Assembly (NCBI RefSeq): GCF_000315625.1
Contig: NW_005434591.1
Location: 121,895 to 185,894, forward strand
Length of the DNA: 64,000 nucleotides
DNA from: Guillardia theta CCMP2712
Lineage: Eukaryota > Protista > Cryptophyta
Reading direction: 5' to 3'
Below, in pieces: positions 39,484 to 50,900 of this stretch. Position numbers and translations under genes: made by a program. A model generated the notes under the pieces. The model was not told the origin of the DNA and did not search any database. It saw nothing but the letters and a program-made list of their open reading frames with translations. Every line of letters begins with the position of its first letter. The first letter of the stretch is position 1.

Positions 39484-40598
39484 GAGTACAGCAGAGGTCG
39501 AGGACAAGTGTAGCGTATACGCCGTGCAGGAGGAGAGGAGGGGGGGGAACAAGTGGTAGGCGGAGTATGGGAGTTGAAATGAGGAGGGAGGGACGGGTAG
39601 TTGGGAGGGTGGGTGGTGCGGGACATGACGTGCGAGGGGAGGTTCCAGGAGGGGTGGTTTTCCCTTGTCTGGTCCTGGAGGGGTACAGGCATAACACTTA
39701 AAGGGCTCGTGTAGTAAATGTCTCAGATATTTTATAGTAGGGGCATGCCACTCGATAACCCCACCCCATCTTTGAATGCTTGTCACAGGGGTGGGCACGA
39801 GACCTTTCGGTCCGCCGAAGGGACTCAACTCAAACTCGTTTGAGATATGGGGCCACGTGTGTATCGGATGCACTCCTGAAGGTTTTAACGAACTGTTGAA
39901 GCTACCTAGAGAGAAAGTGCTCAAAGTAGGGGGTGTACCACGGTCATAAGGAGGGGTGTGGAGCGGGGGGTTGGAAATCGAACTGATGTGGGTGTGCCGG
40001 GGTGGGTGGTGCGAAGGGACTCAACGGAAGGGCCCGGAACTGTCGGACGTCTCAAGAAAGAGACAAAGAGTCATGTAGTAAACTTGTTGACCAGACTTGA
40101 AATGGTGCATTTTCACGTCAGCCCGCAATATAAAGGGATTTGAGGGGTACTGTTAACATGTTCTATATCTGTGGGGTTGCTGTAGTTTACCTGAAGTTGC
40201 TTGCGACTCGTGAGATCCGGGAACGGGTGGTGGGTCCTCTCCCACACAAGGGGGGGTGGGACAGACTGTCTGTGAAACATGGCCTATATATTGTACACAC
40301 GACTACATGTATTTTATAGTTGGAAATTCATTCCAAAATGGAAGTAAACAATTGCTGCCTTTCAGCCTTGTGGTAGGACGACAGATAGAGAGACAGTGCT
40401 GCCTTCCTCGGACACATAGGGGTTTACTACCGCAACCTTTCATCATCACCCACAGTCGCCACCTCACCCGCTCCCTTGTGCCCGTTGGGTACCGACCTCC
40501 TGGTGTGTTCATACTGCCCTTCGAAGCTATCCCAATACCTGTTCATCTCTACCTCCTGTGCTCGTCTTCCTCTCCTCCCTTCATCTTCAACTGTACTC

Positions 40599-41141
40599 AT
40601 GCTCAAGCCTCCCTCCCTCCTCCTCCTCGCCTCTTTGACACTCATGGTTTCCGCTACCAACGCATACCGAATCGCAAGACTAGGCAAAAGACCTGCGTTG
40701 AGCCCCTCCTCCTGCCCCTCCAGACGTCGCCCCTCCCCTCCCCTCCTCTCTCCAAGGATCTCATGCCCCTATGAGCCCCGAAGAGTCCGCAAGCTTCACA
40801 TCCTCGACCAGTCGACCAAGAACAAGCTCAAGGGCTTCGCCATCCTCGCCCACAGGCTCGAGGACAAGCACGGCGAGGAGATCAAGCAGGAGGTCGCCAA
40901 CTTCCTCGTCGAGCAGATGCTCGTCAACCTCGACTCTCCTGTCTCCGCTACCCTCACCAAGCTCTCCCACTCCCTTCACTCCGCCGCCGCCACCACCATG
41001 CCCTACCTGAAGCATGCCTCGCACGTAGTGCAGCAGGCGCAGCAGGCGGTGTCATTGGGGGCAGCGGGGAGCCACGCGATGCAAGCGAAGCATGCGATGC
41101 TGGAGGGGCTTGCGCTGTGCATGCTGAGCAACTGCACATGA
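40599..41141 (+). CDS. Orphan protein copy 3, head-to-head inverted duplicate of copy 2
   Basis: MLKPPSLLLLASLTLMVSATNA|YRIARLG...CMLSNCT; only a handful of substitutions relative to copy 2. Confidence 0.8.
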   Translation: MLKPPSLLLLASLTLMVSATNAYRIARLGKRPALSPSSCPSRRRPSPPLLSPRISCPYEPRRVRKLHILDQSTKNKLKGFAILAHRLEDKHGEEIKQEVANFLVEQMLVNLDSPVSATLTKLSHSLHSAAATTMPYLKHASHVVQQAQQAVSLGAAGSHAMQAKHAMLEGLALCMLSNCT

Positions 41142-43196
41142 GCCGAGAGACAAGACGATATGATACGTTGGTGTATTTGTAGTAAGAGATGTATTCTGAA
41201 GTGTGATATTTGTTATAACCTTGTAGCAAAGAAAATGAAAAGACTTATTAGTCACCAACTTGTGTCAAGCTGTTTGATTACATCGGCAATGAGTAGACTG
41301 ATTTGAATGAAGCCTCCGCAGGAAGGTATCTGATGACCGAATCCAGTGAAGGTGTCATCAAGCCGCCTCCGCAGGAAGCAATCAAATGGAGCACAAGTTA
41401 GCACGAGGGTCTATGGTCTTTAAACCATGAATGGCTGTAGTGCAGCACTGAGGCATGTACAACCCTTGCTGAACAGGCGGGCAAGACTACTGAATCTCCT
41501 CAGTACCGAACTGGTGCGATCACTTGACCGTTTGAAACCTTGAACTCGGCAGCGCTGGGAAGGTCACGGGTTTCAACTTTAGTACTTGAAGCATCGCACG
41601 AGACCGGTCACCATCACAAGTCAGCGGGGTCCAACTGAGAGTGGCCCGGCTCGCCACTGGAGTCCGAGACTACTGGCCCTTCTGATTGCGGCAGTGCAGT
41701 TCTGTAGGAGAGCTTGCCTCTGAAATTGTGGGAGTTGTATGTTTTTCGGACGAGGAGTTTGCCATCGACGTCCCTCCGGTCCCTTGCCTCACCTCTCCTC
41801 CCCTCTCGGTGGCAGCCTCAGGCCGCAACTCAGCTGAACTCCTAAGGAGGCCCGGCTCGTCGTCGGAGCACCTGCCAGCATCGAGCCGCGCGAAACCGTC
41901 TTGGGAGGGAAGGACCGGAAAAAGTCATGTAGCGAAACTGATTCTTCGGTAAATTTCCCTCAGGCTAGAACTTTGAATGGCCGTCAGTACGCGCCTGATC
42001 TGAGTTATTACACCGGGCTGCGGTGACTGAGTGAGCGCTTCCAAGTTCAAGCATGGAGGTGAAAGAGGCAAACTTAAAACTGGACTGTCTCTCAGCTTTC
42101 TGACCGTGCCAGCCCGGCGGGAGAGAGCCCGGAGCCTCGCCGGAGGCTGAGGCTTAGTCTAGCGGCCGCTCGGGACTCAGGAGGCTCGCCATGCTGAACA
42201 CTGTGGTCACGGTCACCGCGGCGGCCGGGCCCAGACGGACCCAACTTGGCAATTCTCCAGCCGCTGAGCGCCGGGGTCAGGGTCGGGCCAGTTCTGCAGC
42301 CTGTGCCGCCCTGCCCGGCCCGGCTCCGAGCGGCTCAGTGACCACGGCGGCCCCTCGTGTAGGACTTGCACTACTTTTACTCAAAGTTAAGTTAAAAATC
42401 AGGAGTGGAAATAAGGGGGTGGGGGTCAGAGAATGCATAAGTCAAGGCCGGGGTTAAGGAAGCCGGGGGGCAGGGGGTGGGTAGGTACTGGGAGGGGGTA
42501 GTTGAAGCTGCTTTTCAGGTCTCACTGACCCGCTCCGGTTATCGAATGACTGTGTAAAGCTGGGGGTAGGGTTGTGTCAGCAATCATCCTTGTTGTAATA
42601 AGTAGGGGTCGTGTCCGGTCCGTATCATCGGACAGTAGGGGGAAAATAGGGGTACTTTAGTACATGACGAGGGGTATGGTAGGGTGGTGTGATGAGAGGT
42701 TGGGTGGGGTAGTCAAATGGGGGGGAAGGAAAAGGGGGGGTATCGAATCTTTGTCATGGCTGTGCAGTGAAGGAAGAAGAAGAGTAGAGACGAGGAGAGC
42801 CGAGGATGGAAGCAGAGTCAGGACGAGGAACTTAGACAAGAGGGGAGGGAAAGAAGGGAAGAGGAAGGAGGGGCAAAGGAAAGCCCCGGATAGACTCGAT
42901 GGCTCAGGTGGCCTAACAAGAATATGCAACATCTGTCAAACTTTGGAATGTGAGAGAAGGGGTTGAGGTCTTGGTGGGGCTGAATTTCTTTTAGCTCATA
43001 TGTGCTTTTCACGTGTATATATGCAACAGGCCGAAAGAAAGTCGGGGACTAAAGGTATTTTGGTCTAGGATCCGCTGGAACCCGTGCAGATTGATGAAGC
43101 TGCAACGTCGTTGTGCGAACGGTTCGTGGTCTTGACAGGCAGGGAGAAAGAAATCTTGAAGGGTTGATGTTTGGGGGGCAAGCCAAGTTTCACATC

Positions 43197-45738
43197 ATGC
43201 GATTCTGTCTACGTTCATTGACTCTTCTGATTGTTCTGTTCCATGCCCATGGACAAAGTTCGTCGACCCCTGCTACCTCGTGTGATGGAAATATCTGTCA
43301 TCAATTACAGACAGAATCCTGCACTTGTCCAAACTCACTATCAGGATGTTCTTGCACCATAGCTATCGGTCTGCTGCAGACACAGAACATAAAACTGATC
43401 AGTTCCAACCTCAAAGTGAACATCAAGTGCCGAGGGCAGAACTCCACCAGCAATGTTTACTCGGTATCGTTTGCAGGAGAAGAGTTCAAGATCGATGCAA
43501 TGAGGCAGTGTGATGGATCTTGCACCAAGATGATCGAGGCGATCAATAAGGACCTCAACATCGCTACCCCACAAGTCTCTACGGTTCGTTTGGACTCGTT
43601 TGGCAGGTCTGATGACTTGGAACTTGTGTTGTGAGCAGGTTCGGGTGGAGATCAAAGCTGGGTCAGAGACATCAGTCTGCTCCAAGAGTCAGAACCTAGA
43701 GAGCACGATGATTGTTGACACAGTGTATCAGACACAACCGAAATCTGACGGGGTCAGCATCAAGTTTCTGGGTAGGAAGAGCCGTGATTGTTCGAGCGTT
43801 TTCACGTGATTGCCAGTGATCGGCATGGTGTGCTGGGTAGCTATTATCAGCCTTCCATTCATCGCCATGCGATTCTGCCGGAATTGTATGGTCCGAAGAT
43901 ATGCCGGCACGAACGAGACCGTCGAGCAAGTGGTGAGTTTTGTGCTGCGAGGCGGCAGAAGTTGGTGAAGGTGCTTGTGAAGGAATACTCGGCAAACAGA
44001 CAACTGGTTGAGATCAGAGAGAGAAAATTCCGTCTTGTAAGAGAAGAGGAGTTCACAGAGGACCATCGTACCTTGATGGAGGAGTATGGATGGAACGTTT
44101 GCAGCTGCCATGAGGCCTTGAAGTGTCGAACCGCAATATTGATTGCGGTGATTGACTACATGAGGAAAAATGCAATCTTGGAGAAGGGGAAGCAGCAAAT
44201 GAGGGATAGGAATGCAAAGACGAAAGGGTGAGAACAACATTTGTTTCAAACCAGTGATCATTAGCTGATTGCGATGATACAGCTATGATGCGCGGAAGCG
44301 TTCGCCCCAGAAAGAGCTGATCATGCAGCTCGAAGACGGGTTCTTGATCGTCAACTTTGCAAACCCCAAGACAGAGTTCAAGTGTGTACCTGAAGTGAGC
44401 TCTGATACAACGCTGTTCCCATCATCGTCATCGTGATGTTTGTGCTCACAGTTGATAGACGTCGTTGTCGACGACTGCCCCATCCTCATCACACTTCCGG
44501 AGGAGATCAAATACTCAGATGGTGTGACTGGAGAGATTCAAGTAGACGAGAACGGGCGGGTGAAGCGATGGAAAGGCAGCAGGGAGTCTCATCAGTTCAA
44601 GAGGAAGGTAGGCTTACGATTATGTTCCTTGTGCTGTCGTCAAGAAACGTCATAGTGAACTCTATAGGATATACCTGATGTTCACCTTTCAGGTTGAGAG
44701 ACTTCTGGAAGAGCTGGAGGGCTTGCGGTCGGCAGCGGTCGAGTGTGTTGAAGAAGATCTCCTGCTGAGGTTGAGCCGGTCAAGGTGCTTCGACGAGACT
44801 GTGACCTTCTTCAACTCCGTCTCCGGCATCGAGATCTTGCGGAAGATGAGAATCGAGTTCGAGGGGGAGGAAGGGACGGACTGCGGGGGGGTGAGGAGGG
44901 AATGGGTTCACCTGATCTCCTGCGACATGATCCACCCGGACCGGAAGCTGTTCAGCTCGAGCAAGGACTACGAGTACGACGTCAGGCCGCAGCTCGAGAG
45001 CAGCGGCGATGCTGTTGTCAGCGGCTGGAAGAAAGTGACGATCTCCTCGACGGCCACCAGGGAGAAGCTCCTGGCGATCGGCAAGTTCCTGGGCAAGTGC
45101 GTTGCGATGAGGGAGCTATTGAGCTTCACCATCTCCCGGCGGCTGTGCGAGAACATCCTCCAGCATGCGAGGAGGCCGGAGGCTGCGGAGGAGGCGAAGC
45201 TCGTCTCTGTTGAGGCCTCCCAGCCCCAGCCCGTCGTCATCAGCCAGCGGCACCCGTCAGTCAGCTGCACGGAGGATGAGCGATTGCTGTGGAACGAGGA
45301 GAAGGAGAGGACGGGGCCTGACGCCGTCGCGCTGATCATCGGGGACGATGAAGGACAGAGGTAAGCTCCCCGCGCTCCTCTCTGTCCTGCCTTCTCCTCT
45401 TCCTCTTCTCTCCTTCAGTTGGATGTTGCTCAGCACCAACATGAGGACGGGAAACGCTTTTTTGCTTGGCTCTCTGACCTGTTTGTGCTCTACAGGCAAA
45501 GCTCTCCTAGCAATCTGGAAAGCTCTTCAGAGATTGAGAGTGGGGAAGAGAGGACGGGAGAGGAGAGCTTTGCTCTGTACGAGCAGGGCGGGAAGGGGCT
45601 GACAAGGCAGAGCTCGTGGATCTCCTTCGACATCTGGGAGGAGGAAAGCTGGAGCAGCCAGAAAGGAGAGGATGACGAGGAAGCCAAGTACGAGGACGGA
45701 GAAGGAGATGGAGATGGACAGGAAGAAGGAGGCGAAGA

Positions 45739-45803
<65 letters not shown>

Positions 45804-46745
45804 AAGGGGATCTGAAAAGCAGTGCGTCCATGGACATCGACGAGTCTGTCCTGCTCGGACTTGACTCTGAGGTCCGATCGTCGCTCAGGTGGTTGCTGAC
45901 CACACGGCTGGAGGAAGCGAGCGAGAGCGACGTGAGAGGTGAACTTGTCCCGTTGACCCGCTGACGCGCCTGATCCCTTCAGTTCACCTTCTCCTATGGT
46001 GACGTGAACGCGGAGGGAAAGGTGGTGACGGTTGAGCTGAGGCCCAACGGAAGCGACGTGGCAGGTGGGCTGAGAGGTGCGGGGGTTCACGGAAGATGAC
46101 AGTCCTCCCTCTCCTTCTCCCTCTCCTCCTGCTCAGCTGCCTGCGTCTCGCAAACTTGCCCCCTCTCTTTTCTTTTTTCTTTTTTTCTTTTTNNNNNNNN
46201 NNNNNNNNNNNNNNNNNNNNNNNNNNNNNNNNNNNNNNNNNNNNNNNNNNNNNNNNNNNNNNNNNNNNNNNNNNNNNNNNNNNNNNNNNNNNTCTCCTCT
46301 CCCTCTCCCTCTCCCTCTCCTCTCCCTCTCCCTCTCCCTCTCCCTCTCCCTCTCCCTCTCCCTCTCCCTCTCCCTCTCCCTCTCCCTCTCCCTCTCCCTC
46401 TCCCTCTCCCTCTCCCTCTCCCTCTCCCTCTCCCTCTCCCTCTCCCTCTCCCTCTCCTTCACCTGGTCGTTCACCCTTTCCTCATCTTCCCGCCCCCCCC
46501 CTTCTTCTCCTTCTCCTTCTCCCTCTATCTGCGAGCAGTCACGGAGAAGAACAAGTTGGAGTACGTACGATCGCTGGCTCAGTGGGTCAAACAAGGTGAG
46601 TTGACGTGTTGATGTTTGTTCGCGTGACGGGAAGCAGGCAGGTGGGCGGCTGAAGTCGAGCTGATCGCCGAGGGATTCTTGAGCGTCATACCTCGACAGG
46701 TAACGAGAGAGCGAGGGAGAGAGCAGCAAGAACAGTGTCGGGAGG

Positions 46746-46820
<75 letters not shown>

Positions 46821-46821
46821 G

Positions 46822-46861
<40 letters not shown>

Positions 46862-47640
46862 AGAACTGCACTGTAATATGCTAACATCTCTGTTCCCTTC
46901 AGTTTCTCGTCCACTTCTCGCCCCTCGACCTTCAAATCTTGCTGTCAGGCAGCAAACTGCTGGACCTGGAGGACTGGAGGGTCAACACACTTTACACCAA
47001 CGGATATCATCCCAACCATCCCATCATCGGTTACTCCCTCCCTCCTCGTCACTCCCTCCCTCCTCGTCACTCCCTCCCTTCCCCTCCTTCCCCTCCCCGC
47101 CCTCAACCTTCACCTCTGTCCGTCCTTCCTACCTCGCTTGTTCTTCTTCCAACCTCCCCCCCTCCCTTTCTCCCTCCCTCCCTCCCTCCCTCCCTCCCTC
47201 ATCACTTTCATGTTCAGTTTGGTTCTGGAATGTCGTCCACGAAATGTCAGAGGAGTCTCGTCTCAACCTACTTCGCTTCACTACAGGTGGGAAAGAAGAG
47301 AGGCAAGGAAGGAGGAGGAGGATGGAAATACAGACAGACTTGTGTTGAGAGCATGGAAGAGGAGGAGCAGAATGGGATGGTGGGAGAGGTGTAGAGCATG
47401 GGAAAGGGGAGAAGATCGAGAGGGGATAGTGGATGAGGAAGAGAGGGTGGGAGGGAAAGAGGAGATGAAGAAAGGGGGGAAGGGAGGGAGGGAGGGAGGG
47501 AGGGGAGGGAGAGGATGTGACGACTTGATCTGTCAGGGTCTTCTGCTGTCCCTGGTGGAGGTTTCGCGAACCTGCAAGGATCGGATGGACTTCGAAGATT
47601 TTCAGTGCAGCGATCGACAAGCATCGAGCAGCTGCCGCAT
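43197..47640 (+). CDS. HECT-domain E3 ubiquitin ligase with N-terminal signal peptide, Cys-rich ectodomain and single TM helix; terminal catalytic exon not found
   Basis: HECT motifs [113 protein letters not shown]..QLPH. Upstream exons from 43197 can be spliced in frame. Confidence 0.8.
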
Positions 47641-47955
47641 GTGAGAGGAGGGAGGGGGAGAGAATGCTGGAAGCAGGGAGAAGCAGGAGAGAGAAAGAGG
47701 GGGGAGGGGAGGGGATGAGGTGGAAAGGTGAGGAGGTGAGAGTGAAGAAAGAAGAGAAGGAGTACAGAGGATAACAGGACAGGACAGAAGAGGTGGAGAG
47801 GTGGAGAAGAGAGGAGAGGAGGGGAGCGGAGGGGAGAGCAGAGCGAGGGGGAGGAGAGGAGAGCAGATGGAGAGAACGACGAAGATAGGAGAGGAGGGGA
47901 GAAGGGAGAAGGGAAAGGTAAGAAGAATGCAGGAGAGCAAAATGATAAGGAGATG

Positions 47956-50900
47956 TCAAGAAAAACGTTGAAAATGATGGAAACAAGACACGTAAGACAG
48001 CGATCTCTTCGAATCCCAATCAATCTCATCAAACTCACGTGTATACGGGCTCCCCACACCGGGCGCAGTTGCCCCTGTCTCGGCTGGGAAACTGATGAGA
48101 AAGAAGGAGGGGGAGGAGGAGGAGGAGGAGGAGGAGCAGGAGGAGGAGGGCAGGAGCAGGAGCGAGAAGGTGAAGGATGAGGAGGATGAGGAGGACGAGG
48201 ACGAGGAACGAGATTTCACTTGTTGGAGTTATCGCTGCCGCTGGAATTTGAGAGCATGCTTTGGTCCCCCTCCGTCTTTTGCGTCTGTGATGCAGTCATC
48301 CAAGGGAAGACAGAGAGGAGAGAGGAGAGATCTCGAAGAAAGAGGAGAGAGGGGAGGAGTGAGGAGTGAGGAGTAAGGAGATAGAGGAGGAAGAGTGACG
48401 AGGGGACAACCTGGTTGCGGCGATCAGCAGCAGAAGTTTCAAAGAATTCTGCTCCTCTTGATGAATCTTTTCCTTTCAGCTTATCTTGTGCATTGTGATT
48501 CTGAACATCTTCAGCTTTATGAGGAGTTGGAATCAGCCCCATCAATCGTTTCTCGATTTCCTGCGACATGTCGTCAAATATTTTTTCTTTTACAGAAACG
48601 AAGAGATGAAACGACATTCGATTGTTTACAAACACAGAGATGCTTTTCTGACATTGAAAGTTATGACTAACTCTTCTCGAACTTGTCATGTAATTTGCAA
48701 CTTTACAATCATATCATTGGTATTGCCACGTTCAGCGTTTCTGACAGCTTTTCACATTCGCAAAAATCAGCTTGTCATGGACGTGCAACGTCTGACGTTT
48801 CAGATTGACATGGACATTTGACAACCTCGTGGGTCTCGATCGCCGGAAGTTTCAGCTTGTGAACAACGCTTGATATGTCATGCGACATCCTGAGAATAAG
48901 TCACTGAAGAAGTGCGGAAGGGAGGCGCAGAGAGAGGAGGAGAAGAGAAGGAGGAGGAGAAGAAGGAGAAGGAGGAGGGGAGGAGGAGGAGGAGNNNNNN
49001 NNNNNNNNNNNNNNNNNNNNNNNNNNNNNNNNNNNNNNNNNNNNNNNNNNNNNNNNNNNNNNNNNNNNNNNNNNNNNNNNNNNNNNNNNNNNNNGAGAGG
49101 AGGGAGGGAGGTAGCGAGGGAGGGGTCAACCTTTGCGGGGGTCTGTCGACGGGAGCGCTGCTGATTGAAGAAGATAAGGAGGGTACTTGTAGGTGAAGAC
49201 CGTGAAAGGGCTCGACGTGTCTGTTAGAAGACATGTTCTCCTTTGACGCAAACGATTGAGACTTTTGTTGTTCTGACTTCTGATGTGCTGATGTGAGATC
49301 GACAGTGAAGAAACAGGACAAGAGGAGTTTGACAAGAAAAGGAGGGGAGGAGGAGAGTGAGAGAGGGGAAGAGGAAGAAGAGAATGAGAGAGAGGAAGAG
49401 CAGCAGAGTCAGAGAAGAGGAGATTGGTGGGAGAAGAGAGATAATGGAGAAGAGATTCAGGAGAGAGGTAAGAGGGGAGCAGAGGGGGGGATGAATATCG
49501 TTGGAAAAGGAGACAAGAACTTTCTCTTTCCTCATTTCCTTCCCTCATGCTCGTTGACAACAGAATGCTGGATTCATCAAGATTTCCTTCAGACTCTGAA
49601 ACAGCTAGTCAAGGTAACGAGAAAGACAGTGAAAACCATCACGTTGGTTTTCTCTCGTTGACATCGAAACAGCAACATGTCTTCTCAACATTGAGACTTC
49701 TTCTTCCGATTGCTTCGTCAAGCGCTGAAGTAGAAATCGTGTAAGCAAAGCGAGAATGATAATCATGACGAGACGATGAAGACGAGGAGGAGGCTGATGA
49801 TGATGCTTACCTCAAGAGCGTGAAGGTCAAGCAGAAGAGATCGTTTGTTCTCTTTCAGCATCTCGATGATGTCGTCCTGAAAACCTTCACAATCAGTCGT
49901 GATGTCCAAACCTCGCAATGGCTGCAGACTTTTCCACGCAGAGCGTCTTCCTTGTTGAGGATCGTCTCTTGCAGCATCTGATTGTCTTGTTGCAGCTTGG
50001 AGATCTGGCTGGACATCTCCGACATCTGAAGAACAACATGTTGAAATCAGCATGACGAGCAAGAAGGAAAGTCATCAACGTCTTTATCTCTGTCACCTGA
50101 TAGTTGTGCAGGTTTTCTTTCACTGCCTGCTGAGTCTTCAGCCTTGCGGTAACGAGCCCAACCTGTGATCAGCAAGTTCAGACGGCCCGAGGACCTTTGA
50201 AAAGAATGAAGCCAGCAGCTCGATCGTATTACAACAACAATGAGGAGTTGAAGGAAGGGGAAAGAAGTTTTTGTCGTGCTCACTTTCAGCAGCTCTGCTC
50301 TCAGCTCCTCCTCTGCAACTCTGTTGACATGCTCCTGCCAACGCAGCTCATCCCCATCGACGCTGGTGCTCTGAACGGATCAAGTCAGGTCAACAGGAAG
50401 TACAGGAGTTGCTCCATCACACTCACGTTGTACAGAAAATCTGACCGAGTAAGGCGGCAGAATCTTATCAGCATTCAACGTCGAGTCACGTTTAAAAGAC
50501 CTTCAGAAGCAGACGTGTTGTTGATACTCAACTGAAGTTTGACGATTACCAAGAGTCTGGAGATACGATGACGCTTACCTTGCGGTTGAAGACTCCGCTC
50601 TCATACGCAACAACCAAGTCATCGATCTATCACCATCCTTTCACTTCCCCTGTTCAAACTTCGCTCTTGTTTCTCTTGCCTGCTGGCGGATCTTCTTGAC
50701 GTGGGCGACATAGACAGAGTTGTCATCCTACAACAAGGTGAACGCATGAAGGAGGACGAGGATAAAGGTGCCGAGGATGCCGAGGAGAAGAAACAAAAGA
50801 GGAGCAGGAGCAGGAGCAGGAGCAGAAGCAGAAGCAGGAGCAGGAGCAGGAGAAAGAGAAGGAGGAGAGAGGAGGAGCAGGAGCTAGAGAGGAGGAATAG

